DNA from: Actinomycetota bacterium
GTDB taxonomy: Bacteria > Actinomycetota > Acidimicrobiia > IMCC26256 > JACDBD01
Direction: 5' to 3'
Assembly (NCBI GenBank): GCA_052390575.1
Contig: JBQTGU010000050.1
Span: forward strand, 262 to 64,261
Length of the DNA stretch: 64,000 nt
Shown: positions 27,414-36,249 of the stretch, in pieces
Numbering within the stretch: the stretch's first letter is position 1
Layout: the number at the start of each line of letters is the position of its first letter
Notes under the pieces: generated by a model
Databases searched by the model: none
What the model saw: only the letters and a program-made list of their open reading frames with translations
What the model was told of the DNA's origin: nothing
Translations under genes and position numbers: made by a program

Positions 27414-28688
27414 ATGCGGGGTCGAATCTTCGCGGGGTTGACGGTCCTGGCGCTGGTGGCGGGTGCCTGCGCGAACGAGGAGAGCGGCGGCGGTGGGGGC
27501 ACCGGCGGGCGCGTCGGCGTCACCGACGCCGAGATCAGGGTCGGCGGCGTGGTCGGCAAGACCAACCCGGTCGGCCGTCCCTACCAGGACGCCTTCGTCG
27601 GGGTCGAGGCGTACTTCGACATGATCAATGACGACGGCGGCGTCTTCGGCAAGGACCTCAAGCTCGTCGCCAAGCGCGACGACCAGTCGCAGGCCTCGCG
27701 CAACATCCAGCAGCTGCGCGCGCTGGTGGAGGAGGACAAGGTCTTCGCCGCCATCCCGGTGGTGACCCAGATCTTCGCCGGGGCGCAGTACCTGGTCGAC
27801 CAGGGCACGCCGACCTTCGGGTGGAACATCAACGCGGAGTGGTCCGCCGGCCCCAACCTCTTCGGGGAGAAGGGCTCGTTCCTGTGCTTCACCTGCCCCA
27901 TCATCCAGCCCGCGCTCATCGCCAAGCAGATCGGCGCCCAGCGGGGCGCGGTCTTCGCCTACGGCAACGCGGCCCAGTCGCTCGACTGCGCCGAGGGCAC
28001 CAAGAACGGCTTCGCCAAGTTCGGCCCCGAGCTCGTCTTCGAGGACACCAGCCTGACGTTCGGGTTCACCGACCTCAGTGCCGACGTCGCTGCCATCCGC
28101 GAGAACAACGTCGACTTCATCGCCACCTGCATGGACGTCAACGGCAACGCCAACATCGCCCAGGCGCTCAAGGACGCCGGCATCGAGGGCGTGACCGTGT
28201 ACTCGCCCGAGGGCTACGACGCCGACGTCCTGAAGGACCTCGGCGCGAAGGTCGAGGGGTTCTACTTCCAGGCCGCCTTCCGACCGTTCGAGGCGCCCGA
28301 GGGCTCCGCCGGGATGGAGGCGTACCTGGCGGCGATGGAGGAGCGGGACCAGACCCCCAACGAGCACAGCCTGGTGGGGTGGATCAACGCCCAGCTCCTC
28401 GTAGAGGGGATCAAGGCCGCGGGCGAGGACTTCACCCAGGAGAAGGTGATCAACGCCATCAACAAGATCACCGACTTTACCGCCGACGGGATCCTCCCGC
28501 CCCAGAACTGGACGGTGGTGCACGGGCCCGCAACCGACGAGCTGGCGTGCGCGTCGTACCTCCACGTCGAGAACGGTGAGTTCGTCCCGGTGTTCGGCCA
28601 GCCCGACAAGCCGTTCGTGTGCTTCGAGCACAACAACGAGGCGGACCTGTCCGGGGTGCCCAGCATCGACAACCCCGTGTACCTCTAG
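27414..28688 (+). CDS. Branched-chain amino acid ABC transporter substrate-binding lipoprotein (LivJ-like), copy 2 (tandem paralog)
   Basis: Lipobox VAGACANEESGG. Long blocks are near-identical to copy 1, for example DDQSQASRNIQQ(V/L)RALVEEDKVFA and ENNVDFIATCMDVNGNANIAQALKDAGIE. Confidence 0.85.
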   Translation: MRGRIFAGLTVLALVAGACANEESGGGGGTGGRVGVTDAEIRVGGVVGKTNPVGRPYQDAFVGVEAYFDMINDDGGVFGKDLKLVAKRDDQSQASRNIQQLRALVEEDKVFAAIPVVTQIFAGAQYLVDQGTPTFGWNINAEWSAGPNLFGEKGSFLCFTCPIIQPALIAKQIGAQRGAVFAYGNAAQSLDCAEGTKNGFAKFGPELVFEDTSLTFGFTDLSADVAAIRENNVDFIATCMDVNGNANIAQALKDAGIEGVTVYSPEGYDADVLKDLGAKVEGFYFQAAFRPFEAPEGSAGMEAYLAAMEERDQTPNEHSLVGWINAQLLVEGIKAAGEDFTQEKVINAINKITDFTADGILPPQNWTVVHGPATDELACASYLHVENGEFVPVFGQPDKPFVCFEHNNEADLSGVPSIDNPVYL

Positions 28689-28703
28689 CGCGGGGGAGCG
28701 CCC

Positions 28704-31271
28704 GTGCAGGAGATCCTCCAGTTCGGGATCGAGGGATTCCCCGTCGGCTGCGTCTACGCGCTCGTCGCGGTCGGCCTTGTCCTCACGTACAAGACGTCAG
28801 GTGTGTTCAACCTCGCCTTCGGCGCCCAGGCGTACCTGTCGGCGGCGGTCTTCCTCGAGCTGAGGAACGACCGGGACTGGCCGCTGTGGGCGGCGTTCGT
28901 CATCGCGGTGGTGGTCGTCGGGCCACTGGTCGGGCTGATCCTAGATCGGGCGCTCTTCCGCTTCATGCGCACGGCGTCGTGGATGGTGAAGCTGGCGACG
29001 TCGCTGGGATTGCTGGTTGCAATCCCACCCGCCGTGCAGATCTGGTTCGGGAAGGGGATCCGCTACAGCCCACCGAGCGCCGCTCCCCTTCTCGGCATCG
29101 ACGCCGATCGCGCCTTCCGCTTCGGCGACTACAACATCTCCGCCAACGAGCTGGTGACGATCATCGCCACGCTCGCGGTCGTGCTCGGGCTCGGGTTGCT
29201 TTTCCGCTACACCGCGCTCGGTCTCCAGATGCGGGCGGTGGTCGAGAGCCCCCGCATGGTCGAGCTCGCCGGGGTCGACTCCGAGCGAGTGAGCATGAGC
29301 GCGTGGATACTGTCGAGCCTCCTCGCCGCACTGTCGGGTGTGCTCGTCGCCCCCCTGCTCACCAACGTCGACGCCGCCACGATGACGCTGCTGATCGTGG
29401 CCGCGATCGCGGCGGCGGCGTTCGGCAAGTTGACCAGCATCCCGCTGACCCTCGCTGGCGGGCTCGTGCTCGGGATCGGCCAGCGGGTGATCGCGGGCAA
29501 GCTCCCGCCCGACAGCATCCTCGCCCAGGGCATCCGCCCCGCGCTGCCGTTCCTGCTCCTGTTCCTGCTGCTGATCTTCCTGCCCGCGCTCTACAAGCGG
29601 CGGGACGTGGGCGACCCGCTCGCCGGCGTCGACCCGCCGGCGCCGGCGATGGCCGCCTCCTACAAAGACGAGCAGCTGCGCCGGTTCACCCGGATGATCT
29701 TCCCGGTCTTCATCGCCGGGTTCATCTTCCTCAACCTCTTCGTGCTCAGCGATCTCTGGGTCTTCCGTTTGACCAACGGTCTCGTGCTCGCAGTGATCTT
29801 CCTCTCGATCACCGCGTTCACCGGGCTGTCGGGCCAGGTCTCGCTGGGCACGGCCGCGTTCGCCGGGTTCGGGGCCGCGATCACGGGCCAGCTCGCCAGC
29901 CAGTCGGACGTCCCGTCGTGGATCGGGATGCTCATCGGCGGCGCGGTGGCCGGGCTGATCGGCGCCCTGCTCGCCATTCCCGCCCTCCGTCTCGGCGGCA
30001 TCTTCCTCGCCCTCGCCACGCTCGCCTTCGGGCTCATGGCCGAGAGCATCATCTTCCCCCTCGACGGTGGCGAGGAGGTGTTCGGCTTCCATCCCAATGT
30101 GTTCGGCGGCCAGCTCGGCGTCGACGTGCCCCGCCCCGAAGGCCTGGGGACCGACCAGGCGTTCTTCCTGTTCGTCTTCGGGATCTTCTCGATCGTTGCG
30201 ATCCTGGTCATCCTCGTGCGCAACGGCGCCACCGGACGGTTCCTGGCCGCGATGCGGGGCAGCGAGACCGCCGCCGCCTCCATCGGCATCAACGCCACCC
30301 GCCAGCGCATCATCGTGTTCGCGTTCTCCGCCGCCATCGCCGGGGTGGGTGGATCCCTCCTCGGCATGCTCAACGAGCGCAGCACCTACCAGGACTGGCC
30401 GACGCTGATCGGCATCTTCTGGGTGGTGCTGGTGCTTAACCTCGGGGTGCGCACCGTCGATGGCGCGGTCAACGCCGGCATGGCCTTTGTGTTGTTCCAG
30501 TACTTGATCGACGACCTGCTGCATCTGCCCGAGTCGCTGTTCTTCATCGCTTTCGGGCTTGGAGCCATCACGTACGCCCGTCACCCCGAGGGGATCGTCG
30601 ACTTCCAGACCCGGCGGAGCATCGACTCCCAGGTCCGGCTCCGGCGGGCCAACCAGCGGGCTGCCCGACTCAAGCAGGAAGGCCGGCTGCCGCCCCAGTG
30701 GCGCCGGGTCTCGGCGGTGGTCGGGCCGATGATGCCGCTGCTGCTCGTGCCGGTCGTCGGCTACTACTACGGCGCCCAGCCGGTCGTGTTCGCGGCCCTC
30801 ATCGGCCTGCCCCTGCTCTACAGCTTCTGGTGGGTGTACTGCTGCTACCGCGACGTGCACGCCCACCGCGGGCGCGGCGTCACCGGTCCGATCGGGTTGC
30901 TCGTCGATCTCGCCGGGAAGGTTGCCACCTTCGTGCTCCTGCCGACCCAGATCGCCCGGATGGCCGACGAGGACGGCCGCGACCGCCCGATCACCTGGCA
31001 CGTGGGCCGGGCGCCGATCGGGTTCGCGCTCGCGGGCCTCTTCCTGTTCAACCGCAACGACACGCCCAAGGCGGCGGAGGAGCTGGGCCTGCTCGTGATC
31101 GCGCTCGCCGGCGTCGTCGTGTTCCTGCGCTGGGTCGGCGACGTGCAGGCGGCGCTCAACCAGTCGTGGCTCGACATCGCCGACCCCGAGTCGGCGGGTG
31201 ACGAAGCCGACGACGAGGCTCCCGAGGTCGCGGCGCCGGCGGCGCTCGCCGCCCCCGCGGGGGGATCGTGA
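28704..31271 (+). CDS. Fused LivH-LivM branched-chain amino acid ABC permease with a 221-aa C-terminal extension
   Basis: The N-terminus (ILQFGIEGFPVGCVYALVAVGLVLTY) is LivH-like. The second half (LSGQVSLGTAAFAGFGA) is LivM-like. The tail from 30606 adds about 4 further hydrophobic helices and an acidic end. Confidence 0.8.
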   Translation: MQEILQFGIEGFPVGCVYALVAVGLVLTYKTSGVFNLAFGAQAYLSAAVFLELRNDRDWPLWAAFVIAVVVVGPLVGLILDRALFRFMRTASWMVKLATSLGLLVAIPPAVQIWFGKGIRYSPPSAAPLLGIDADRAFRFGDYNISANELVTIIATLAVVLGLGLLFRYTALGLQMRAVVESPRMVELAGVDSERVSMSAWILSSLLAALSGVLVAPLLTNVDAATMTLLIVAAIAAAAFGKLTSIPLTLAGGLVLGIGQRVIAGKLPPDSILAQGIRPALPFLLLFLLLIFLPALYKRRDVGDPLAGVDPPAPAMAASYKDEQLRRFTRMIFPVFIAGFIFLNLFVLSDLWVFRLTNGLVLAVIFLSITAFTGLSGQVSLGTAAFAGFGAAITGQLASQSDVPSWIGMLIGGAVAGLIGALLAIPALRLGGIFLALATLAFGLMAESIIFPLDGGEEVFGFHPNVFGGQLGVDVPRPEGLGTDQAFFLFVFGIFSIVAILVILVRNGATGRFLAAMRGSETAAASIGINATRQRIIVFAFSAAIAGVGGSLLGMLNERSTYQDWPTLIGIFWVVLVLNLGVRTVDGAVNAGMAFVLFQYLIDDLLHLPESLFFIAFGLGAITYARHPEGIVDFQTRRSIDSQVRLRRANQRAARLKQEGRLPPQWRRVSAVVGPMMPLLLVPVVGYYYGAQPVVFAALIGLPLLYSFWWVYCCYRDVHAHRGRGVTGPIGLLVDLAGKVATFVLLPTQIARMADEDGRDRPITWHVGRAPIGFALAGLFLFNRNDTPKAAEELGLLVIALAGVVVFLRWVGDVQAALNQSWLDIADPESAGDEADDEAPEVAAPAALAAPAGGS

Positions 31272-32077
31272 CCACCGCTCCCGAGGCCACCACGCCCGGC
31301 CCGGCGCCCACGACTGCCGACGCGATGCTCGATGCGCGTGGCATTACCAAGCGGTTCGCCGGGATCACCGCCCTCCACGACGTCTCGCTCGACGTGCAGC
31401 GCGGCGAGCTCGTGGGCTTGATTGGGCCCAACGGGGCGGGCAAGACGACGTTCTTCAACTGTTTGCTCGGGATGGAGCGTCCCGACACCGGACACGTGAT
31501 GTTCGACGGCCGCGACGTCAGCGAGTTGCCGGTCTACAAGCGGGCCCGACTGGGCTTCGGCCGTACCTTCCAGCGGCTCGAGGTGTTCGTCGGGCTGAGC
31601 GTGCGCGAGCACTTCCTGCTCGCCGACCGGGCCCGTCACGGCGACTTTCCGCTCTGGCGCGACCTGCTCCGCCTGTCCCGCACGACCGCGGCCGAGCTCG
31701 GACGGGCCGACGCGATGCTCGATGCCCTCGGCATCCGCGATCTGGGCGACAAGCCCATCGAGGCGCTCAGCCTCGGCCGCAGCCGGCTGGTCGAGCTCGG
31801 ACGCGCGCTCATGACCCAGCCCAAGCTCCTGCTGCTCGACGAGCCGTCGTCGGGGCTCGACCGCAAGGAGACCGCCGCGCTGGCGCAGCGGCTGCGCCGG
31901 CTGGCCGAGGAGTCGGGCACTGCGGTGCTGCTGGTCGAGCACGACATCGACCTGGTGCAGCAGGTCGTGTCGCGCATCTTCGTGCTCGACTTCGGGACGA
32001 TGATCGCGTCGGGGCCGACCGAGGACGTGCTCTCCGACGCGGCGGTGCGCAAGGCCTACCTCGGGGACATGGTGTGA
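31268..32077 (+). CDS. livG: Branched-chain amino acid ABC transporter ATP-binding protein
   Basis: GPNGAGKTT Walker A, LSLGRSRLVELGRAL signature region, LLLDEPSSGLD Walker B. Confidence 0.9.
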   Translation: MTTAPEATTPGPAPTTADAMLDARGITKRFAGITALHDVSLDVQRGELVGLIGPNGAGKTTFFNCLLGMERPDTGHVMFDGRDVSELPVYKRARLGFGRTFQRLEVFVGLSVREHFLLADRARHGDFPLWRDLLRLSRTTAAELGRADAMLDALGIRDLGDKPIEALSLGRSRLVELGRALMTQPKLLLLDEPSSGLDRKETAALAQRLRRLAEESGTAVLLVEHDIDLVQQVVSRIFVLDFGTMIASGPTEDVLSDAAVRKAYLGDMV

Positions 32078-32826
32078 CCGCGTTGCTCGAGCTGCGCGAC
32101 GTCCACGCCGGCTACGGGCCGTTCCGCTCGCTCTTCGGTGTCTCGTTCGCGATCGAGCCCGGATCGGTCACGGCCCTCCTCGGTTCGAACGGATCGGGCA
32201 AGACCACCGTCGTGCGGGTGGTCTCGGGACTGATCAAGCCCACCTCGGGCGCGGTTGTGTTCCAGGGCCAGGACGTGAGCGGCCGGCGCGCCTTCCGCAT
32301 CGCCCGGCTCGGCATCACCCACGCCCCCGAGGGCCGGTCGGTGTTCGCCTCGCTGACGGTCGAGGAGAACCTGGTCCTCACGTTCCGCGAGCAACTCGGG
32401 CGCAAGGGCGTGCGTCCCGCGCTCGACCAGGCGTTCACGATGTTTCCCCGGCTGGGGGAGCGGCGCCGCCAGCTCGCCGGCCTGCTCTCGGGCGGTGAGC
32501 AGCGCATGCTGTCGCTCGCGCGGGTGCTGGTGGCGTCGCCCAAGCTGCTGGTGACCGACGAGCTGTCGTTGGGGCTGGCCCCGGTCGTGATCGACGAGGT
32601 CTACCGGACGCTCGCGACCATCCGCGGCCACGGGGTCGCGCTGCTCATCGTCGAGCAGCACGTCCGCCGGGCGATGTCGCTCGCCGACGAAGTGGTCGTG
32701 ATGGCGAAGGGAAAGGTGGCGCTTTCCGGGCCGACATCGGAGGTCGCCGACCTCACCGAGACCCTGCTGCCCGCAGCTCAGGGCGAGGCCGTGCCCGACG
32801 GCGACGGCCGATCCGCGCCGCGGTAA
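32074..32826 (+). CDS. livF: Branched-chain amino acid ABC transporter ATP-binding protein
   Basis: GSNGSGKTT Walker A and LSGGEQRML signature. The GTG start overlaps the livG stop codon (GTGA). Confidence 0.9.
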   Translation: MTALLELRDVHAGYGPFRSLFGVSFAIEPGSVTALLGSNGSGKTTVVRVVSGLIKPTSGAVVFQGQDVSGRRAFRIARLGITHAPEGRSVFASLTVEENLVLTFREQLGRKGVRPALDQAFTMFPRLGERRRQLAGLLSGGEQRMLSLARVLVASPKLLVTDELSLGLAPVVIDEVYRTLATIRGHGVALLIVEQHVRRAMSLADEVVVMAKGKVALSGPTSEVADLTETLLPAAQGEAVPDGDGRSAPR

Positions 32827-32880
32827 CGCGCCGGGGCCGCCCCGCAGGGCGGCCCCGGAATGCATGGCGCGAACTTCCGA

Positions 32881-33378
32881 TTAGCCGGTGAGGATGCTCG
32901 CGCAGGGCTCCTCGGTCAGTGTGGCGGGGTTGGCCAGCGACGTGAGGTCGCACACCATGACCGGCGACACCAGCCACTTCTTCTTCCCCTCGGCGTCCTT
33001 GGCGAACAGCGCCTCGCCCGGCGGGGCGATCCCCTCGAGGACCATGCCGGCGATCACGAGGTTGAAGTTCACCGTCGCCTTCTTGGCGCTCTTGAACTTG
33101 ATGCTCTCGATCTCGATCTCGGTCGTCGACGCCGCCGCGGCGTTCGCCTCACCGGTCGTGGTGATCAGCTCCAGGAGCAGGTCGCCGTCCTTCACGCACG
33201 CCGCCTTCTCCTCGTAGGAGTTTGCGAGCGCGCCGCTCAGGAAGCACTGGAACGCGTCCTCGATCTGGGCCTTGGCCTTCTTGGTGTTCTTGGGCTTGTC
33301 GTCGCCCGCGGCGGCAGGCCCCGCGACCATGGCCAACGCCGCCAGCGAGGCGGTGAGCAGAACGAACAGTCGACGCAT
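32881..33378 (-). CDS. Secreted hypothetical protein
   Basis: Clear signal peptide (MRRLFVLLTASLAALAMVAGPAAAG) and four Cys residues. A GGGAGGA SD sequence lies upstream. Confidence 0.6.
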   Translation of the reverse strand: MRRLFVLLTASLAALAMVAGPAAAGDDKPKNTKKAKAQIEDAFQCFLSGALANSYEEKAACVKDGDLLLELITTTGEANAAAASTTEIEIESIKFKSAKKATVNFNLVIAGMVLEGIAPPGEALFAKDAEGKKKWLVSPVMVCDLTSLANPATLTEEPCASILTG

Positions 33379-33405
33379 GGTGATCCTCCCCTAGGCCGGC
33401 GCCCC

Positions 33406-33453
33406 CCTGACGCAGGCGTCAGGAATATAACCGGCCTTCCCGCCGCGGGGAAG
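33406..33453 (-). terminator. Two adjacent GC hairpins between the TetR gene and the downstream gene (candidate terminator or attenuator; no U-tract)
   Basis: CCTGACGC-AG-GCGTCAGG at 33406-33423 and CTTCCC-N6-GGGAAG at 33436-33453. On the minus strand they lie immediately after the TetR stop codon. Confidence 0.3.
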
Positions 33454-33461
33454 AGCGCCCC

Positions 33462-34118
33462 TCAGCCGGTCCGCCCGACCGCAACCCCGCCGAACAGCCC
33501 TGCGTGGGTCACCGCCGCCAGGGTGTCGAGCATGGCCTCGCGGCTCACGTCCACCTGCCGGGCGAGCACGTAGTAGTTGAACCGCTCGATCATGGCGACC
33601 AGCGCCATGGCCGCGATCGCCGGATCGACGTCGCTGGTCGCGTCGGCGCGGACGCGCCGGGCGAGGGTGCGGGCGAACTCGGCCAGGAGGTCGCTCCCGA
33701 GCCGGCCGAACTCGCTGTCGCCGATCTCGGCCTCGGTCCAGGTGCGGATCACCGCGCCGTAGTGCTCGTAGAGCTCGGCGAACCGCTCGAGCCAGTCGCG
33801 CAGCTCCCGGTAGCCGGACTCGCCCGGCGCGACGCGCGGCAGCGCCTCGGCCAGGCCCGCCATCTCCTGCGCGACCTCGGTGGCCAGGGCGCGGAACAGG
33901 TCCTCCTTGTTGGCGAAGTACAGGTAGAAGGTGCCGTGCGAGGTCTTGGCGATCTTCACGACGTCGTCGACGCGGGCGGCGTGATAGCCGCGCTCGGCGA
34001 AGATCTCCGCGCCGGCGTCGAGGAGCCGACGCATCGTGCGGCGCCCGCGTGCTCGGAGCTCGCGCCCCTGCGCCGGCGTGCCGACGCGCCCGTCCACCTG
34101 CCCGTCCACTGGCGGCAT
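33462..34118 (-). CDS. TetR/AcrR family transcriptional regulator
   Basis: Helix-turn-helix region (HTH): RLLDAGAEIFAERGYHAARVDDVVKIAKTSHGTFYLYFANKEDL. The start is moved to Met48 of the track ORF. It is divergent from the MaoC/SDR genes. Confidence 0.85.
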   Translation of the reverse strand: MPPVDGQVDGRVGTPAQGRELRARGRRTMRRLLDAGAEIFAERGYHAARVDDVVKIAKTSHGTFYLYFANKEDLFRALATEVAQEMAGLAEALPRVAPGESGYRELRDWLERFAELYEHYGAVIRTWTEAEIGDSEFGRLGSDLLAEFARTLARRVRADATSDVDPAIAAMALVAMIERFNYYVLARQVDVSREAMLDTLAAVTHAGLFGGVAVGRTG

Positions 34119-34185
34119 CGCGAGCAGGCTACGGGTGGTTGACGCTCGTGTCACCTTTCGCGACGGCGACCGATACGCTCCCGCC

Positions 34186-34611
34186 ATGCCCAGCTTCGAG
34201 GATCTTTCGGTCGGGGACGAGGCCCCGCCGCTGGTGGTCGAGGACCTCTCCCGGACCAACTTCGTCCGCTACGCCGGGGCCTCGGGAGACTTCAACCCGA
34301 TGCACCACGACGACACCGTCGCCACCTCGGTCGGCAACCCGTCGGTGTTCGGCCACGGCATGCTCACCGCCGGTTTGATGGCGCGGGTGGTCAAGGACTG
34401 GTTCGGGCCCGAGGCGCTGCGTCGCTTCCAGGTGCGGTTCTCGAAGCAGGTGTGGCCGGGCGAGACGCTCACCTGCAAGGCGACCGTGACCGCCCTGCGC
34501 GACGACGACGGGACCGGCCTGGCCGACCTCGAGCTCCTCGTCGAGAACCAGGACGGCGAGCCCAAGCTCACCGGCAGCGCGACCGCCGCCGTGCCCAAGG
34601 GGGACGCCTGA
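34186..34611 (+). CDS. MaoC-like (R)-specific enoyl-CoA hydratase (hotdog fold)
   Basis: YAGASGDFNPMHHDD motif; 141 aa. Confidence 0.8.
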   Translation: MPSFEDLSVGDEAPPLVVEDLSRTNFVRYAGASGDFNPMHHDDTVATSVGNPSVFGHGMLTAGLMARVVKDWFGPEALRRFQVRFSKQVWPGETLTCKATVTALRDDDGTGLADLELLVENQDGEPKLTGSATAAVPKGDA

Positions 34612-34613
34612 CC

Positions 34614-35516
34614 GTGGGCTTGCTGGACGGGCGGGTCGCGATCGTTACCGGATCCGGCCGGGGCATCGGCCGGGAGTTCGCGCTGTGCATGGCGCGCGAG
34701 GGCGCGCGGGTCGTGGTCAACGACGTCGGCGTCGGCCTCGACGGTCGCGGCACCGACGAGGACCCTGCCGCCCAGGTCTGCAAGGAGATCGAGGCGCTCG
34801 GCAGCGAGGCCGTGCCGAACTACGACTCGGTCTCCGACTTCGAGGCGGCTGCCCACATCGTCGAGACCGCGACCGATGCCTTCGGCCACGTCGACATCCT
34901 GGTGAACAACGCCGGGATCGTGCGCGACCGGTCGCTCGTCAAGATGTCCGAGGAGGATTTCGACGCCGTGATCGGCGTCCACCTCAAGGGGAGCTTCAAC
35001 TGCGCTCGTCACGCCGCCCCGGTGATGAAGGACGCCGGGTACGGGCGCATCATCAACATCACGTCGTCCGCGGGCCTGCGGGGCAACTTCGGGCAGACGA
35101 ACTACGGCGCCGCCAAGGCCGCGCTCATGGGCCTGACGTTCATCTGGGCACTCGAGCTCGGGAAGTACGGGATCACGGTCAACGCGGTCGCACCCGCGGG
35201 CGCGACCCGCATGACCGCCGCCCTCTTCGAGCGCACCGGCAGCGAACCGCCGCCCGAACAGAACCCTGCGCTCAATGCGCCCCTGGTCGCGTTCCTGGCG
35301 TCCGAGGCCGCCGGCCATGTGAACGGGCAGATCCTGGGGCGCACCGACTACGCCTACACGCTGTTCCAGCACCCGAAGCAGATCGCGTGGATGTGGCGCG
35401 ACGGAGGGTGGGAGCCGAGCGACGTGGCCGAGAACTTCGACGCGGTGCTGGGCCAGCACCTCCAGCACGTTGGCATGGTCATGCCCAAGGGCATGGAGTA
35501 CGGCGAGAAGAAATAG
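34614..35516 (+). CDS. SDR family oxidoreductase (3-hydroxyacyl-CoA dehydrogenase-like, MFE-2 type)
   Basis: TGSGRGIGRE cofactor motif, NNAG, and the YGAAKAAL catalytic YxxxK. It starts 3 nt after the MaoC stop codon. Confidence 0.85.
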   Translation: MGLLDGRVAIVTGSGRGIGREFALCMAREGARVVVNDVGVGLDGRGTDEDPAAQVCKEIEALGSEAVPNYDSVSDFEAAAHIVETATDAFGHVDILVNNAGIVRDRSLVKMSEEDFDAVIGVHLKGSFNCARHAAPVMKDAGYGRIINITSSAGLRGNFGQTNYGAAKAALMGLTFIWALELGKYGITVNAVAPAGATRMTAALFERTGSEPPPEQNPALNAPLVAFLASEAAGHVNGQILGRTDYAYTLFQHPKQIAWMWRDGGWEPSDVAENFDAVLGQHLQHVGMVMPKGMEYGEKK

Positions 35517-35607
35517 TGCGGAGGAGCGTCCCCGTAGGGGCGGCGCCGGCCAATCTCTTCGAGGATGGCCCGGCGCCGAGCGACGGAGCCATTTGAAGGC
35601 CCGCCCC

Positions 35608-36237
35608 GTGCGGTTCGCGCTCGGCGTCGTCGACGTGGTCTACGCGCCCCGGGCGGTCGAGGAGCGCGCCCGCCTCGCCGCCGAGGACGGCTTCGCCCAC
35701 ATCGACGTCATGGTGGACGTCGATGTAGCGACATTGCCGCTCCCGGTGGGCTGCCCGACCGCCTTCCCCAAGCCCAGGCCGGGATGGTGCTCGACCCCGG
35801 CGCCGCGCGATGGCCCCGGGGTGTGGGAGCGCACGGTCGAGCTGTTCCGCAATGCGCCCGGCGCATTGCTCGAGCCGTGGGCGGGTGCGGTCGTCAACTC
35901 GGCTGAGAAGTGCCGGGCGATCATGGCGGAGGTGCCCGGGCTGCGCCTGCTGGTCGACACCGGTCACGTGGCCGACTGGGGCGGCGACCCACTCGAGCTC
36001 CTGCCCTTCGCCGGCCATGTGCAGCTCCGGCAGGGACGCCCGGGATCGACGCAGGTGCACCCGGCCGACCCGAGTGGGGTCGTCGACTTCGCCGCGGTCG
36101 TCGACCGGCTCGACGCGGTCGACTACGCCGGCGCGCTCAGCGTCGAGTACTTCGACCTGCCCGAGAACGGCTGGCCGCTGGACGATCCCCGCGGTCACGC
36201 CATCGCGCTGGCCGAGCGCGTGCGCGACGTTCTGTAG
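35608..36237 (+). CDS. Sugar phosphate isomerase/epimerase-like TIM-barrel protein
   Basis: GFAHIDV, LLVDTGHV and SVEYFD patterns resemble xylose-isomerase-like TIM barrels. The GTG start was chosen 9 nt after GAAGG. The track ORF start at 35470 overlaps the SDR gene. Confidence 0.5.
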   Translation: MRFALGVVDVVYAPRAVEERARLAAEDGFAHIDVMVDVDVATLPLPVGCPTAFPKPRPGWCSTPAPRDGPGVWERTVELFRNAPGALLEPWAGAVVNSAEKCRAIMAEVPGLRLLVDTGHVADWGGDPLELLPFAGHVQLRQGRPGSTQVHPADPSGVVDFAAVVDRLDAVDYAGALSVEYFDLPENGWPLDDPRGHAIALAERVRDVL

Positions 36238-36249
36238 TGCGCTGATCTC

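Noticed and set aside
28619-31001. 606-aa plus-strand ORF and 686-aa minus-strand ORF overlapping the LivHM permease.
   Set aside because: Only frame 28704..31271 gives hydrophobic helices and LivH/LivM motifs. The other two encode charged, low-complexity sequence.
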